Positions 37,496-51,862 of a stretch of 64,000 nucleotides of DNA are shown piece by piece (position 1 is the stretch's first letter; every line of letters starts with the position of its first letter). The DNA is taken from NCBI RefSeq assembly GCF_001194135.2, contig NC_068999.1:16215320-16279319 (forward strand). The letters run 5' to 3'. This DNA is from Octopus bimaculoides (lineage: Eukaryota). Both the position numbers and the translations under genes were made by a program. Below the pieces are notes generated by a model. The model saw only the letters and a list, made by a program, of their open reading frames with translations, did not search any database and was not told the origin of the DNA.

Positions 37496-38006
37496 TAATT
37501 AAAAACTTGATATTTCAATTAAAATATTATTGTTTTCTAACCTAGCATTCTAAGAAGCAGTAGTTTAGAAACTGGATTGTCACTTCAGTATAATGTACAT
37601 GGAATTTCTTAATGAGAATTAACAAAGATCAAAAGGGAATCATTCGAGAAACCGAGGCCATATTTAATCTGAAGATAATTATGCGGTTTATTCCAGTAAT
37701 GACTGAAAGCAAAACGTTGGATATTTCCACATTTTACTTGTCTGGAAATGACATGATTTAACTTTGGTTGCTTTGTAGTTTGTATCTACAACGTCATAAA
37801 CTGAACAATGCAAAGAGAGACATCGAATACTTGAAGCATTTAGGAATGATAGAGAAAAAGAGAAGATGAGTTAAATTCATGTCTTCTAAAACATAGCTGT
37901 CTTTTGGTTTGGTTTAATAACAGAAAAAATATATCATCAATTGTTGACAATATTAACCTTCACGTCAAACAATACTTACACATACACACACGCCCCGAAC
38001 ACATAC

Positions 38007-38041
<35 letters not shown>

Positions 38042-38840
38042 NNNNNNNNNNTATATATATATGTCTAGCTAGCAAGATAGACAAATAGCTTCAGCCGAAC
38101 TACACATATATGTATTGAGGTTTTTATCTAAGAATCAAGCTACCCATTTATCATCAACCTATCAATAAGCATACACATACTCGAACTTGTGTCGGTTATT
38201 ATGTATCACTCAAAGCGTGTACGTCCATTACCCACTACGTCGAATTGCTTCGAAAGTTAAGATACCCATACGATAACGACAAATGAAGTAGAGTAAATAA
38301 TAAATTGACATACATATTGACATATATCTAAAACCTTACAAGATGGCGCTCCAGCATAACCGAAGTTCATTATTGAATACAGTAAATATAAAAGATTTTT
38401 CTTTTTAGCCGCAGTCAGAGACAGGAAAATATCATTCTAAAATCTGTCTTTTGTATTTTATTTCATTGCTACTTGCGTAATCGATTAGACCATATAGATA
38501 TTAAGTCATTCTGTCATTTCCATGTGTTGTATCTATGTTGTATAAGTAAAATGGAGGGCTTCTTAAGCATCATCAGTAAGAGGCCATGATCCCAGTACTA
38601 GACGCTAACGAACTGTTAAGCAGCTTAAGAAGATATTGTCTCAGCCCGCTAATAAAACCACAAAAGTTTATTTACACTTAAACCTATCTATAGTGATATT
38701 TAAATTCCTCTATCTCTCCCTCTCTTTTATATTATGTTATATATATGCATATATATAAATTCAAATACACTCACACACAGCACAGATTCGCACACACACA
38801 CACAAACACAAACACACACACACACACACACACAAACTCA

Positions 38841-38880
<40 letters not shown>

Positions 38881-38882
<2 letters not shown>

Positions 38883-39266
38883 GGAGTGGTTGTGTGGTAA
38901 GAAGCTTGCTTCCAAACCACATGGTTTCGAGTTCAGTCCGACTGCGTGGCAACTTGCGCAAGTATCTTCTACTATAGCCTCGGGCCGACAAAATTCTTGC
39001 GAGTGGATTTGGTTGACGAAAACTGAAAGAAGCCCTTTGTATATATATGTGTGTATTTTTGTATCAGTGTTGCTCCCCCCATCATCGCTTGGTAACCGTT
39101 GCTGGTGTGTTTACGTCCACGTAACTTAGCCGTTAGGCAAAAAAGATTGATAGAATAAGTGCTAGGCATACAAAAAATATGTCCTGGGATTGATTTGTTG
39201 GACTAAAGGTGATGCTCTAGGATGGCCGCAGTTAAATGATTGAAACAAGCAAATTAATAAAAGAAT
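38881..39266 (+). mobile_element. SINE family B, full-length copy
   Basis: ggagtggttgtgtggtaagaagcttgc head, CORE-like domain, short internal microsatellite, 3' body ending gttaaatgattgaaacaagc...aaagaata. Confidence 0.92.
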
Positions 39267-39274
39267 ACGAATAC

Positions 39275-39309
<35 letters not shown>

Positions 39310-40719
39310 TACATGCACACGCATATCAACACGTGGTCTTGAAATGTGAGCGCAATAATTTTAGTGAACATAGGATATAGAGGTTTTACCTCTAGCGAAT
39401 TTTGTGGCTTTTGTTTTTTTTCGATACATTGAAATATAGTTCACAACAGCTAAGAGTGTATATGAACAAGATAATTTCAGTATAATGTTTTCTTATCGTT
39501 CCGCATGATGAAGTGAATGAACATGTATTTAATTTTACATGCGTTTATCTGCTTGTACAGGAGTAACAGNNNNNNNNNNNNNNNNNNNNNNNNNNNNNNN
39601 NNNNNNNNNNNNNNNNNNNNNNNNNNNNNNNNNNNNNNNNNNNNNNNNNNNNNNNNNNNNNNNNNNNNNNNNNNNNNNNNNNNNNNNNNNNNNNNNNNNN
39701 NNNNNNNNNNNNNNNNNNNNNNNNNNNNNNNNNNNNNNNNNNNNNNNNNNNNNNNNNNNNNNNNNNNNNNNNNNNNNNNNNNNNNNNNNNNNNNNNNNNN
39801 NNNNNNNNNNNNNNNNNNNNNNNNNNNNNNNNNNNNNNNNNNNNNNNNNNNNNNNNNNNNNNNNNNNNNNNNNNNNNNNNNNNNNNNNNNNNNNNNNNNN
39901 NNNNNNNNNNNNNNNNNNNNNNNNNNNNNNNNNNNNNNNNNNNNNNNNNNNNNNNNNNNNNNNNNNNNNNNNNNNNNNNNNNNNNNNNNNNNNNNNNNNN
40001 NNNNNNNNNNNNNNNNNNNNNNNNNNNNNNNNNNNNNNNNNNNNNNNNNNNNNNNNNNNNNNNNNNNNNNNNNNNNNNNNNNNNNNNNNNNNNNNNNNNN
40101 NNNNNNNNNNNNNNNNNNNNNNNNNNNNNNNNNNNNNNNNNNNNNNNNNNNNNNNNNNNNNNNNNNNNNNNNNNNNNNNNNNNNNNNNNNNNNNNNNNNN
40201 NNNNNNNNNNNNNNNNNNNNNNNNNNNNNNNNNNNNNNNNNNNNNNNNNNNNNNNNNNNNNNNNNNNNNNNNNNNNNNNNNNNNNNNNNNNNNNNNNNNN
40301 NNNNNNNNNNNNNNNNNNNNNNNNNNNNNNNNNATATATATATATATATATATACATATGTATGTATATTTATTTGAGTTAGAGTTCTCGGTTTCTGTAA
40401 ATTATGTGGATGAGTTGCTATGCTGGTTGAATTATGTGTATCGATTCACAGAAAAATCTCAGATGGAAAACGTTTGGAATGTGTTACAAACCTGCCCCGT
40501 CCACCAACGTAGTAGGTTTGAAGAAATAAACATATGTCTACAAATAAAGATACAAATACTAATACGTATTTGTATGTGTATGTATGTTTGTATGTATGTA
40601 TTATATATGCATGTACGTATGTATGTATGTATGTATGTATGTATGTATGTACGTACGTACGTATGTATGTACGTACGTATGTATGTATGTATGTATGTAT
40701 ATATGTAAGTTACAAGTGC

Positions 40720-42500
40720 ATTTTAAGGCTTGTGCCAACCAAGAAATTCAATTATTTTCGAAAGATTTGTTGTACAGGAAGTACCTGTGCAGATGAATTA
40801 TTTTCAGTAGGTGTAGCTTCAACTGCCCTACTCCCACCTATTGGCCCAAGAAAACTGTCACCGGTGTGACATGAAAATTGACAAAACCAGGAACTTCCAA
40901 GCCCTCAGATCTTATTTCGGAGATTTCCTTCTTTTAGGTAGATTACCAACGAGGGTAAAAGAGTTTCTACCTGGCCATGGGGTAAGCTATCCCATTCCAG
41001 AAAACTTGAATGATGGGATTGAAAAAATGTTTAAATTCTTAAATATATTAATTTGTCACTCTTAGAGAACTGAGAAAGTGCCTCGAGACTGGATTGATGA
41101 AGTCGGTGCCAAAGGATCTGTGTGGTAATTTTTTGTGGGAATTCGCTTTTGTCTTTGGTTGCCTGCATTTTGTTAGAAAGTTTAAATACCTTCATAGTTC
41201 CAAATATGGTGTCTGAGTCTCAGTGTGGTTTTCGTTCCTCCAGCGGCACAGTTGATTGTATCTTTACTATCAGACAATTTCAAGAAAAGTGCATTGAACA
41301 GAATCTTTCCCTACACCATTGATTTGTTGATTTGAGCAAAGTAATCGATACTCTTAATCGAAATGCTCATTGGCTAATTCTAGCATCAGGATATGAAAGC
41401 GAGAATTAATTTTGGTGGTAGACTCTCTGAATCTTTTTCTGTGGAAAATGGTGTAAAACAAGGAGACCTTCATGCACCCACCCTCTTTACAATGTACTTT
41501 GCTATTGTGTTGTCACGCGATTTTCAAAACTCTGAGGAGGGTATTTACATAAAATATCAAACAACAGGGAATGTTTTTATTCTGACCACACTGAAATTCA
41601 AAGCGAAGGTTTTTACTTCAAGCATCAGGAAACTTTTATACGCTGACGATTGCGATCTTGGGAGTCATTCTGAAACAGGTTTGCAATCTCTCGTATCTGC
41701 ACCTGACTCAGCTTGTGATGATTTTGGCTTGACCATCAACTGAAAAAGAAAAAAATCAGTTGTAATGCATCTACCTGCATGTGGTGCTGTTTCTAACCCC
41801 TCTCAAGTTTTTGTTACGAGTAAGTTACTTCAGGTTGTTGATTCGTTCATCTAACTAGGAAGCTCTGTACAAAATAATGGAAATCTGGATACAGAAATAC
41901 ATCTGAGAATTCAAAGAGCAGAAAATGCATTTGGTTGCTTGGAATGACGCGTTTAGCGCTATGGACCTTTATCTAACAATACAAAGTTGGCTTTTTACGA
42001 GTAATTTGTCTTACCATCTTTGTCGTATCCTTCTGAAAGCTGTTTTATGGTGATCTTGCAGAGAGGAAATGCTTGCTTGTTGAGGAGGTTGATTGTTGGA
42101 CACACTACAGGACGTAAAATAAGACCTGTCAAAAGGTGGAAGAGCTCATGAACAGTTAACGGCCATACAACAGCATGTGTACATGTGTACGTATACATAT
42201 ATGTATCCATGGGGATGTGGAAATACCTGGGTTGGTGTCCAGGCGCGTAGTTGACCCACTGGGAAAGGAAAACTCTGAGAGAAAGACCTACGACGCCGAC
42301 AATATTCGATGATACAGACTAGTTCTTCTTGTTGAGTCCACGTTCAGAGAGTGAGATTAGATTTCTGAAAATCCTTTCCCCACTATCATGCAGAGGAATC
42401 GCTTGAGAAAAAGTAAGACCGATCCCAGAAATGGCTAGTCGTAGCCTTTGCACGTGCGGGACTTTCAATCAGCCGATGGCAATGCCCGAACACGAATTTG
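40720..42500 (+). mobile_element. Inactivated RTE (BovB-like) LINE, RT region to 3' end
   Basis: PGHG...GIEKMFKFLNILICHS*RTEKVPRDW, ESQCGFRSSSGTVDCIFTIRQFQEKCIEQN, FVDLSK, NGVKQGDLHAPTLF, LLYADDCDL, GLTIN and LDTEIHLRIQRAENAFG. Multiple stops, a short deletion near 41385, a microsatellite insertion at about 42175, and an (ATGT)n tract at the end. Confidence 0.92.
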
Positions 42501-44529
42501 CAGCCATCATGTATGTATGTATGCATGTATGTATGCATGTATGTATGTATATATGTATGTATTCATGCATGCATGCATGCATGACTGTATGTATGTGTGT
42601 ATTTATGTATGTCTGTATGTATGTATGTATGTATGTATGTATGTACATGCATGTATATTTGTGTATAAGTATGCAATAGTTGTAGATTTTGTTTGTTGTT
42701 TTTAGTTAATCACAATCCTCAAATGTGACTCTCTGTATTCGAAACCACAAAACTAATTCATTTACGTTGTAGATTGTTATCGAAGTATTAATTTCAATGC
42801 CTCCTTCAGTATACTTTTTTAACACTGGAGCTTATATTTCGTGGGTATTTAGTAGCAATTTTTTTTACTGTCGAAGCGTCTCATTTCCTCATCTCTTCCT
42901 TTTCCTTAAACAAATCCACCAGAATAAATAGTGCTAAAATTAAGAGACATCTAATAAAGCTTATTCCAAAATCATAGATTCAATTGAGACAATACTCCAG
43001 AGACGATCTAGACGATGGAGGTATTAAAAATGAATTAAGAACACTACTTCGATTATATATCACCAATTACCAACGTTTTTTACGGCCGTAACAAAACAAA
43101 ATTGTTCAAAAGATAAACGCTATCAAATGACCAAATAAACCTTTTCAAAAGTCTTTGTAATAGCCTATACAAACTGTGTATGAGTTTATTAATTTAGGTT
43201 TCTTAGAGTTCCGATTCAACGTAGGCACTTGACACGTATGAGAGTAGTTGCTCTCATGGTTGTTGTAGACACAGCCATGTATGTCTGTATGTATGTATGT
43301 ATGTATGTATGTATCAATTTTGTGTGCATGTATATATATGTATATATATATATATATATAAAATATACTATATATATAATTATATATATACATTATATAT
43401 ANNNNNNNNNNNNNNNNNNNNNNNNNNNNNNNNNNNNNNNNNNNNNNNNNNNNNNNNNNNNNNNNNNNNNNNNNNNNNNNNNNNNNNNNNNNNNNNNNNN
43501 NNNNNNNNNNNNNNNNNNNNNNNNNNNNNNNNNNNNNNNNNNNNNNNNNNNNNNNNNNNNNNNNNNNNNNNNNNNNNNNNNNNNNNNNNNNNNNNNNNNN
43601 NNNNNNNNNNNNNNNNNNNNNNNNNNTATATATATGTAGATATGTATGTATATGTATCTAGAAGAGAGTGTGTATGTCTATGGGTGTGCGTACGTTCCTT
43701 ATGCATTCGAGAACCGAGATGCCGATTTTGGCGTATGGGGTATCAAAAGAATCAGTATGCCTTTTGGTAACAACTAAACGTTATTTGTATTATAAAAACT
43801 TAACAATATAATTTCTTGTTTTATCACCAATCGTAAACAACACTTTATACTACCACCTCATCGACGATAGTGTCACATTTTCTTCATGAGTGTGTTCGTG
43901 CGTTCATTACGTACGTTAGACCGACGACTATCAAGTATATGTGTGTGATGGTGTGTGTCTGTCAGTATACATCTATTTGTGTGATGACTGACAAACACAC
44001 ACACGCACATCTAAAGACATAGACATTCACACACAGGAATAAAGATAGGCTTGAGGTCCGTATGTTTGTGTGTGTCTTAGTATATGTATGTGACTTCCCG
44101 CCACTCCAAAAGTGAAACGCGCCGATTTTCCAACAGCTTAGGTTAATTGCGGCCTGAACTTTAAGAGAATAGCAGCGTTCACTTCGATGTACTACCAAAC
44201 GTGAAGATTTGGATGGTCTGACAGCACTTATAACACCCAAAAATATATCTGAAAAAAAATTTTTGTGGTTATCATAACAAATTCGGAAACTTGGTGAAGT
44301 AGATAGCCTCAGCGGATCTTTTAATATAATTACAGAAATGTTATTCTACCCCTTCTAACCAGTTTGAAGGTAATGCCGTTTAAACAGTACTTATCGTATA
44401 TTTAACAGTCCTTATCGTATTACTTTCGTCACTGTATCAACGCCACATAACATTTTTACTCAGGTAGTCAGTATTTATTCTACGGCCTAAAACGTTGCTC
44501 AGTTTAAAATATATATAGTAATGTCAAAT

Positions 44530-44900
44530 TAATTTATATTTTGCTACATATATCCTTCAGCAAATATTTTAAATTAACGTTCACAATATCAGCATATTCC
44601 TTTCTATACAGTTTCTTCAGCGTCCGTTTCAAAATTGTAAAATATATTATTTTTTTGAGAGATGAGGAACCTGTTGCAGGTTCAATTAGTGGAATATTGA
44701 AACGATACCCATCTTGTCGATTCGACAGAATAAGAGGATACTGGAGAGCATCATGAGAGGGATGAGTATGTGAAACACGTTTAAGGTTGTTATCTCGAGC
44801 ACGAATGAGAATATCATGATTTTCATGGGGACCACGAACCATAAGGAGGGCTGGCCAGTTTGAGGCAAAGAGTAGATTGTATGTTCAAAGTCAAGTCGGC
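44530..44900 (-). mobile_element. Helitron Rep/helicase coding remnant
   Basis: ORF 44534-44842: ENHDILIRARDNNLKRVSHTHPSHDALQYPLILSNRQDGYRFNIP...KYLLKDICSKI matches the conserved Helitron segment RDI...LQRISE-x-H-x-SYDALQYPL...GEDGYH...QY-x-VD-x-YAKI. Confidence 0.85.
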
Positions 44901-44989
44901 AAATAGATAAGTCGATAGAATGATTAGTTAAATGGTTGGAACGTAAAAGGAAGTGCAAAAGTCATGGACAGGCAGATGCAGATGGAATG

Positions 44990-45650
44990 CGTGCATTGAA
45001 TGAATGGTAATGGTGCAAAGGTGGGAGATATCGACACTAGTTTCCAATGAATTACTGCAAGAAATTGTGAGGCCAACAAGAACGACTTGGCTACAAAGTC
45101 AATGATGACTTAAGAATTGCGAGTAGAAGGAGATAAATGATTGCGACTGTTTAGTGAAGAAAGAGGTGTAGTGGAGATAAGAGTAAAATCGGATACTGAG
45201 AAGGGCAGTCAAGGAAATAAACGGATGAGGAAATGTTGGAAATTTATTGAAGGAGAGAATGAAATGAACTGAGGATGTCGATAACGGTGTTGTGGTGAGT
45301 ACGAGTTAGGGTGCTGGTCTTATGCATTCATAAATATGCCAATCACCCACTTCAGATATTGAGCCAAACTAATGATTACAGATGTCAAATCAACGTAACT
45401 GAAAGAGAAGTTAGCATAGCTAGGGACCATCTTAATACCCATAGCCAGCCCAGTAAAATGCAGATAAATTTCACAGTAGGAAGCTGAACAATTCAACATA
45501 ATAACAAACTCTACTACGTGGAGGATAGTAGTTGAGCTGGTTTCAATGTTAGTAGAACAGCCTAAAAATAGTGAATTGGGAATGTATTACCCGGTATAAA
45601 GAGGGGCTTGGAGCAGCTAGGTGTGAAGGCTTGAAGTCACGAAGAGCGTG
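44990..45650 (-). mobile_element. Penelope-like element reverse transcriptase remnant
   Basis: Minus-strand frames give PSLYRVIH, STTILHVVEFVIMLNCS, YLHFTGLAMGIKMVPSYANF, SSSVYFLD and FYSQFLSHH*LCS, matching the PLE RT motifs SLYTNIP, GTAMGTKMAPSYANLF, VNFLD and YSQFLRLRRICS. Confidence 0.85.
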
Positions 45651-45706
45651 ATTAAAATATGAACATGGGACGAAATAGACAAGAAAATACGTACGTATAC
45701 ACACAC

Positions 45707-45759
<53 letters not shown>

Positions 45760-47514
45760 TTCCTTTTCTCCCTCCCTCCATCTATCTATTTATCTCTTTC
45801 NNNNNNNNNNNNNNNNNNNNNNNNNNNNNNNNNNNNNNNNNNNNNNNNNNNNNNNNNNNNNNNNNNNNNNNNNNNNNNNNNNNNNNNNNNNNNNNNNNNN
45901 NNNNNNNNNNNNNNNNNNNNNNNNNNNNNNNNNNNNNNNNNNNNNNNNNNNNNNNNNNNNNNNNNNNNNNNNNNNNNNNNNNNNNNNNNNNNNNNNNNNN
46001 NNNNNNNNNNNNNNNNNNNNNNNNNNNNNNNNNNNNNNNNNNNNNNNNNNNNNNNNNNNNNNNNNNNNNNNNNNNNNNNNNNNNNNNNNNNNNNNNNNNN
46101 NNNNNNNNNNNNNNNNNNNNNNNNNNNNNNNNNNNNNNNNNNNNNNNNNNNNNNNNNNNNNNNNNNNNNNNNNNNNNNNNNNNNNNNNNNNNNNNNNNNN
46201 NNNNNNNNNNNNNNNNNNNNNNNTATATATATATACGTGTGTTACTTGTTAATAACGACAATACCATTACAGCGTCATACACACACATGTGCCTAGTTCT
46301 TAGACATGGTTGTGTTACACACAGACCCACACACACACACACACATACACACACAGGCACATATATATACTAACAATAATATTCTGTCTGTGAATGCACA
46401 TTACACACTTACTTCCATTCTTGAGATCAATGATAAATATATTTGTTTGTTATACACATATTTTCCTATTTGTTTTATTCAAAAGTTTAAGTAGGTTACG
46501 AAGGTGGCCCGAAGCAAGACAATAATTATAATGCACGGTTGCCAGATGAAGATATCAGCTAATTATTGCCTCTAGAATTTCAAGATTAGTATAGATTCTG
46601 AGATTGTGTTGGTTTACAACAAATGCTCGCTAAATTTTCCTTTATCGTCCAATCACAATGAGAGATACACCCATTAGCAATATTAGTGGGTGTTCACTTT
46701 GTAATTAACAACAACAATAGCAACAACAACTGTCATAACAACAATGGAATCAATGACAATACTATATTTTGTCTTAAGAAAATACTGAAAGAAAATTCCC
46801 AAAATGGAGAGCAGTGAAATTAAAATAACATAGAATAAGGAAAAACTAAATTATTTCAACAACTGTTGCCTTCAATTTGTAAAGCTGATATTAACAGTGA
46901 GTATTATTCTTCTGTAACGGTAATACTAAGCTCATTAGATCGTAAATATTGGTATTGGAAATAATTCTTACTGATGTACTTCTGATAGCCATGATCTGAT
47001 ATTCAGAAATCAACGTCAGCAACCACCAGTGAGGGGGGGATGAGTGGGAGAGAGGGATAAATAGAGAGAGAGTGGGGAGAAGTGAGAGGCAGTGGGAGAG
47101 ATAAAGAGTGATATATATATATATATATATATATACAGAGAGAGAGAGANNNNNNNNNNNNNNNNNNNNNNNNNNNNNNNNNNNNNNNNNNNNNNNNNNN
47201 NNNNNNNNNNNNNNNNNNNNNNNNNNNNNNNNNNNNNNNNNNNNNNNNNNNNNNNNNNNNNNNNNNNNNNNNNNNNNNNNNNNNNNNNNNNNNNNNNNNN
47301 NNNNNNNNNNNNNNNNNNNNNNNNNNNNNNNNNNNNNNNNNNNNNNNNNNNNNNNNNNNNNNNNNNNNNNNNNNNNNNNNNNNNNNNNNNNNNNNNNNNN
47401 NNNNNNNNNNNNNNNNNNNNNNNNNNNNNNNNNNNNNNNNNNNNNNNNNNNNNNNNNNNNNNNNNNNNNNNNNNNNNNNNNNNNNNNNNNNNNNNNNNNN
47501 NNNNNNNNNNNNNN

Positions 47515-47552
<38 letters not shown>

Positions 47553-48019
47553 GTAGAGGGATTTGATAATGCAGAAGTCTTTTAAAGATGTTTATTGACT
47601 TGACCGGCTTCACTTTCCTATATATTTTCAGACGTGCGGTACCTTACAAGTTTACACACACATATTTATATATACATATATATATATGTATGAGTGTGTG
47701 TATGTCTCAGCGTATGTGGTTGTCTATGTGTATGTGTCTGCATTGCTATGATATTTTTTTTAGTTCTCTAGTTAAAGACGTTGGGAAGCAGTATTTAAAT
47801 TAGATTTAATATTCTTGTAATTTATATCTATATCTTATTGCGACTTGATAATGTAACGCTTTTTACGTTCAAATATCACTTTAGGCTGTGATTGGGATGT
47901 TTTACATGCATAGATGAATACACCCATGTATATATGTATATATGTGAGTTTGTGTTTACGTTACGTGATTATAAATTGCGTGCGTGAGGGTGGGTGTTAG
48001 ATTACATGAAGCACGCTAT

Positions 48020-48300
48020 GTCGAATGACGCCAGACAGGGTTGCTATCTCCCGAGCTCCGTGCATGGTGCGTTTCTTTCCACGGCCAGTCTTAAACTGAT
48101 GGCTAATTAGCATCGTAATGGAGCCTAAACATGTCTGGAGAATGTTCTTACTTCATATATCTGATCCCCAGCAGATTATATCTAGCGGCGTAATCGCGTC
48201 TTCAACTTCTGTGCTAATGCGAAGAAAATTAATGCTGTACTATTGATGTAATGAGAATATTCATCCTGTTACTGTCCCTCGGGGAAGGTGAAGAATAAAG
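48020..48300 (-). mobile_element. Possible decayed RTE LINE 3' remnant
   Basis: RYNLLGIRYMK and LAVERNAP resemble the RTE C-terminal motifs RRILGIRW and LAQDRNAW; heavily degenerate. Confidence 0.3.
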
Positions 48301-50540
48301 CAGTGCAAAGGTGTATGCCAACGAAAGTCAAGTCTGTAAAATCTGAATGGTGCCAAAATCTTTAAGAGTGCAAACATATTTAAATGTACAATTTTTGCTT
48401 CCAAGCCATATTACAAAAATGTTACAATGTTCTAACGTTACAGTATGCTTTGACTTGAGAAAAAAGTGCCGAATGTTCAAGTGACGTAGCAATATGGAAG
48501 GGACATGTGACATGTGCTTAAAATATAAAGAAACTACGAGACTTGTAAGGAACGACTTTATCAATATACCGCTTTTCTATTCGAAGTGTTATGTTGTCGG
48601 TTTCCAACGGATGCCTTGTATCCTATTTGAGTAACGTTCATGCTAGGAGACAGAGTAATGCAGTAACTTGTGACTTGCTGAGTGGAAATTTGGAAGATTA
48701 GTAGAGGCTTATTTTATTACTTTTCAGTTGACGTCCTATTCGTAATGTGACTTTAATTTTCATCATTCAGTAATCTAATTTTGCCGACTTCTCATATAAA
48801 TACTTAAGGAAGAAGATATACAACTACCGGCACACCTCAACTGACGTCGGTAATCTGATTCCAAAACATGCGATCCGAAAAATATTAAAAGAAAATACAT
48901 ACCCTTATATCTATTGTAATGAATGTTTCGTACGTATTTTCACACATATTTTATTTAATTTTTCACCCTTAGTTTTGGGTTTAGGTATTTTTTTTTTTAC
49001 ATGCTTACTTTTAAATATTTATGCTGCGACGGAATTTTAGGTCAGGTAAGCCGGTTGCATAAAAAAAGAAGAAAAATTACATAGAAACGAAAACGAAGAA
49101 ATTTGTGATGTGCCTATATACATTTGTCAATGCCTGACTTCCGTCGTGCCTATATCGCCTTTACTGATGACATCTGCGTGGATTTCCATAGCGACATTGT
49201 CTACTTAATAAGCGTAGCATTTGCTTTGCAGATTTATTTACAGGAATGCAATACGCATGTGTGTAATATAATTCTGCATCGTATATGTCGAACAAATTTC
49301 ACTTTAAAATTATTGACGTACTGAGAGCTATAGTCGAAAACACTTACCAGTGGGAAGGGGTGAATGTAGTATTAAACAGGAAAATGAGTGAATGCCATGC
49401 AAAAATAGGACACGTGATTTCTCATAAAATACAATATTTGATATTATAACAAATATAATATAATGGTTTGATATATTATAACATGATTTATAACGATCAT
49501 TAAAACTCATACAATTCTTATTCCTTACATCATTTTTTTTGGCATATTTTTGACAGAATCTATATCAAATAATAAATATAATTTCTTATATATGTGGCCA
49601 AACCCGTGGAGAAAAATTTCATTTCTATATTTCAATTCATAAAATTTTTTTTCTAATCGAAAATGTCGTCATGTATAAATACATACATACATCTATACAT
49701 ACATATACATATATATATATATGTATATATATATATGTATATNNNNNNNNNNNNNNNNNNNNNNNNNNNNNNNNNNNNNNNNNNNNNNNNNNNNNNNNNN
49801 NNNNNNNNNNNNNNNNNNNNNNNNNNNNNNNNNNNNNNNNNNNNNNNNNNNNNNNNNNNNNNNNNNNNNNNNNNNNNNNNNNNNNNNNNNNNNNNNNNNN
49901 NNNNNNNNNNNNNNNNNNNNNNNNNNNNNNNNNNNNNNNNNNNNNNNNNNNNNNNNNNNNNNNNNNNNNNNNNNNNNNNNNNNNNNNNNNNNNNNNNNNN
50001 NNNNNNNNNNNNNNNNNNNNNNNNNNNNNNNNNNNNNNNNNNNNNNNNNNNNNNNNNNNNNNNNNNNNNNNNNNNNNNNNNNNNNNNNNNNNNNNNNNNN
50101 NNNNNNNNNNNNNNNNNNNNNNNNNNNNNNNNNNNNNNNNNNNNNNNNNNNNNNNNNNNNNNNNNNNNNNNNNNNNNNNNNNNNNNNNNNNNNNNNNNNN
50201 NNNNNNNNNNNNNNNNNNNNNNNATATATATCAGCAGACTTGTGTTTGTGTGCATATATAACGATACATGTCTTAATGCCAAGTGTTTGTGCTTTGCAAG
50301 CACAAACAAGACTAGATATTAAATTTTATTGGCTGCAATCGCTCCAGGAATGATATTGAGGAATAGAATTTCGTCGCCAAATTGACACACATACTCTCAC
50401 ATTGGCGTATGTCAGTATTCGTGTTTAGTTCTGCGTGTCTGCATGCAGCAATATGAATGGGAGAAGTTATACATACATTTACAGCAACTCATGCATATAC
50501 AATATCTATTTGTATGTATAATCATTTATATCTTTATACA

Positions 50541-50696
50541 CGAAGGGCTTCTTTCAGCTTCCGTCTACCAATTCCGTTCACAAGGCTTTGGTCGGCCCGA
50601 GGCTATAGTAGACATCTCTTGACAAAGGTGGCACGCATTGGGATTAAAACCGGAACCATGTGGTTGGTAAGCAAGCTACCCACCACACAACCACTC
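50541..50696 (-). mobile_element. SINE family B 5' half
   Basis: cgaagggcttctttcagcttccgtctacc...ggtcggcccgaggctatagtaga...ggaaccatgtggttggtaagcaagctac. Confidence 0.9.
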
Positions 50697-50727
50697 ATAT
50701 ATAAAAAATATATATAAACTAAGAAAG

Positions 50728-50794
<67 letters not shown>

Positions 50795-50890
50795 CGTGGT
50801 GGAGAGATTAAGGTAGAGAAAGAGAGACAGAGAGTTTGCTGTTCCAATATATGTAGGGTCAGAAGAATAATTACTCTACGTATCATTTAA

Positions 50891-51267
50891 TTCTTTTACT
50901 CTTTTATTCTTTTATTTGTTTCAGTCATTTGACTGCGGCCATGTTGGAGAACCGCCTTTTGTCGAATCAAATCGACCCCATGACTGTTTCTTTGTAAGCC
51001 TAGTACTTATTCTATCGGTCTGTTTTGCTAAACCACTAAGTTACGGGGACGTAAACACACATATACACAACATATATACACATACATATTTATATACATA
51101 TATACGACGAGCTTGTTTCAGTTTCCGTTTACCAAATTCACTCACAAGACTTGGTCGACCTGAGGCTATAGTAGAAGACACTTGCCCAAGGTGCCACGCA
51201 ATGGAACAGAACCCGGAACCATGTGGTTGGTAAGCAAGCTACTTTCCACACAGCCACTCCTGCGCCT
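50891..51267 (-). mobile_element. SINE family B near full-length copy
   Basis: From the ttcttttactctttt tail to the cagccactcctgcgcct head. Confidence 0.93.
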
Positions 51268-51300
51268 ATTTGTATGTATAATTATTTATATATTTATACA

Positions 51301-51410
51301 CGAAGGGCTTCTTTTACTTTCCGTCTATCAATTCCGTTCACAAAACATTGGTCGACCCGAGGCTTTTGCAGACCTCCCCTGAACCCGGAACCATGTGGTT
51401 GGTAAGAAAG
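51301..51410 (-). mobile_element. SINE family B 5' half, internally deleted
   Basis: cgaagggcttc...ggtcgacccgaggct...gaacccggaaccatgtggttggtaag. Confidence 0.85.
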
Positions 51411-51808
51411 CTATTAATAATTTCATGCTGTAGGGATTCAGTAATTTGACATATTTATACAACGTACCTTGTCTATCCGAGGAATATTTTACGCTCAGTT
51501 CAAACGTATAGACATGTTTGATACCCAGTACGCTGGTCTATAAGGAAATGCGAGAGAAAAAAAACTGGAAGAAACTGCGATGGAGACTGATGAAAAACGT
51601 AAAACGAGAACAACGAAAATATTAGTTAAAAAGCAGGAGATGACCGTCCTGTTTGTCTTTAGAAATCTAAAGTGATATATCTGGTTGAAGGAGTTGCCAT
51701 TATCTGTGAGATAGCTACTCAATCTGGAGAGCATGAAGTCTGTATTTTATTCTGGTTTATTTCTTAAAATAGAAATCTTATTTTCAATATGGGTTCATAT
51801 TTAATTCT

Positions 51809-51862
<54 letters not shown>

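Noticed and set aside
37613-37762. MRINKDQKGIIRETEAIFNLKIIM, similar to the RTE RT QxGFR...AIF motif
   Set aside because: A single short motif. Plausible LINE debris, but too little to annotate.
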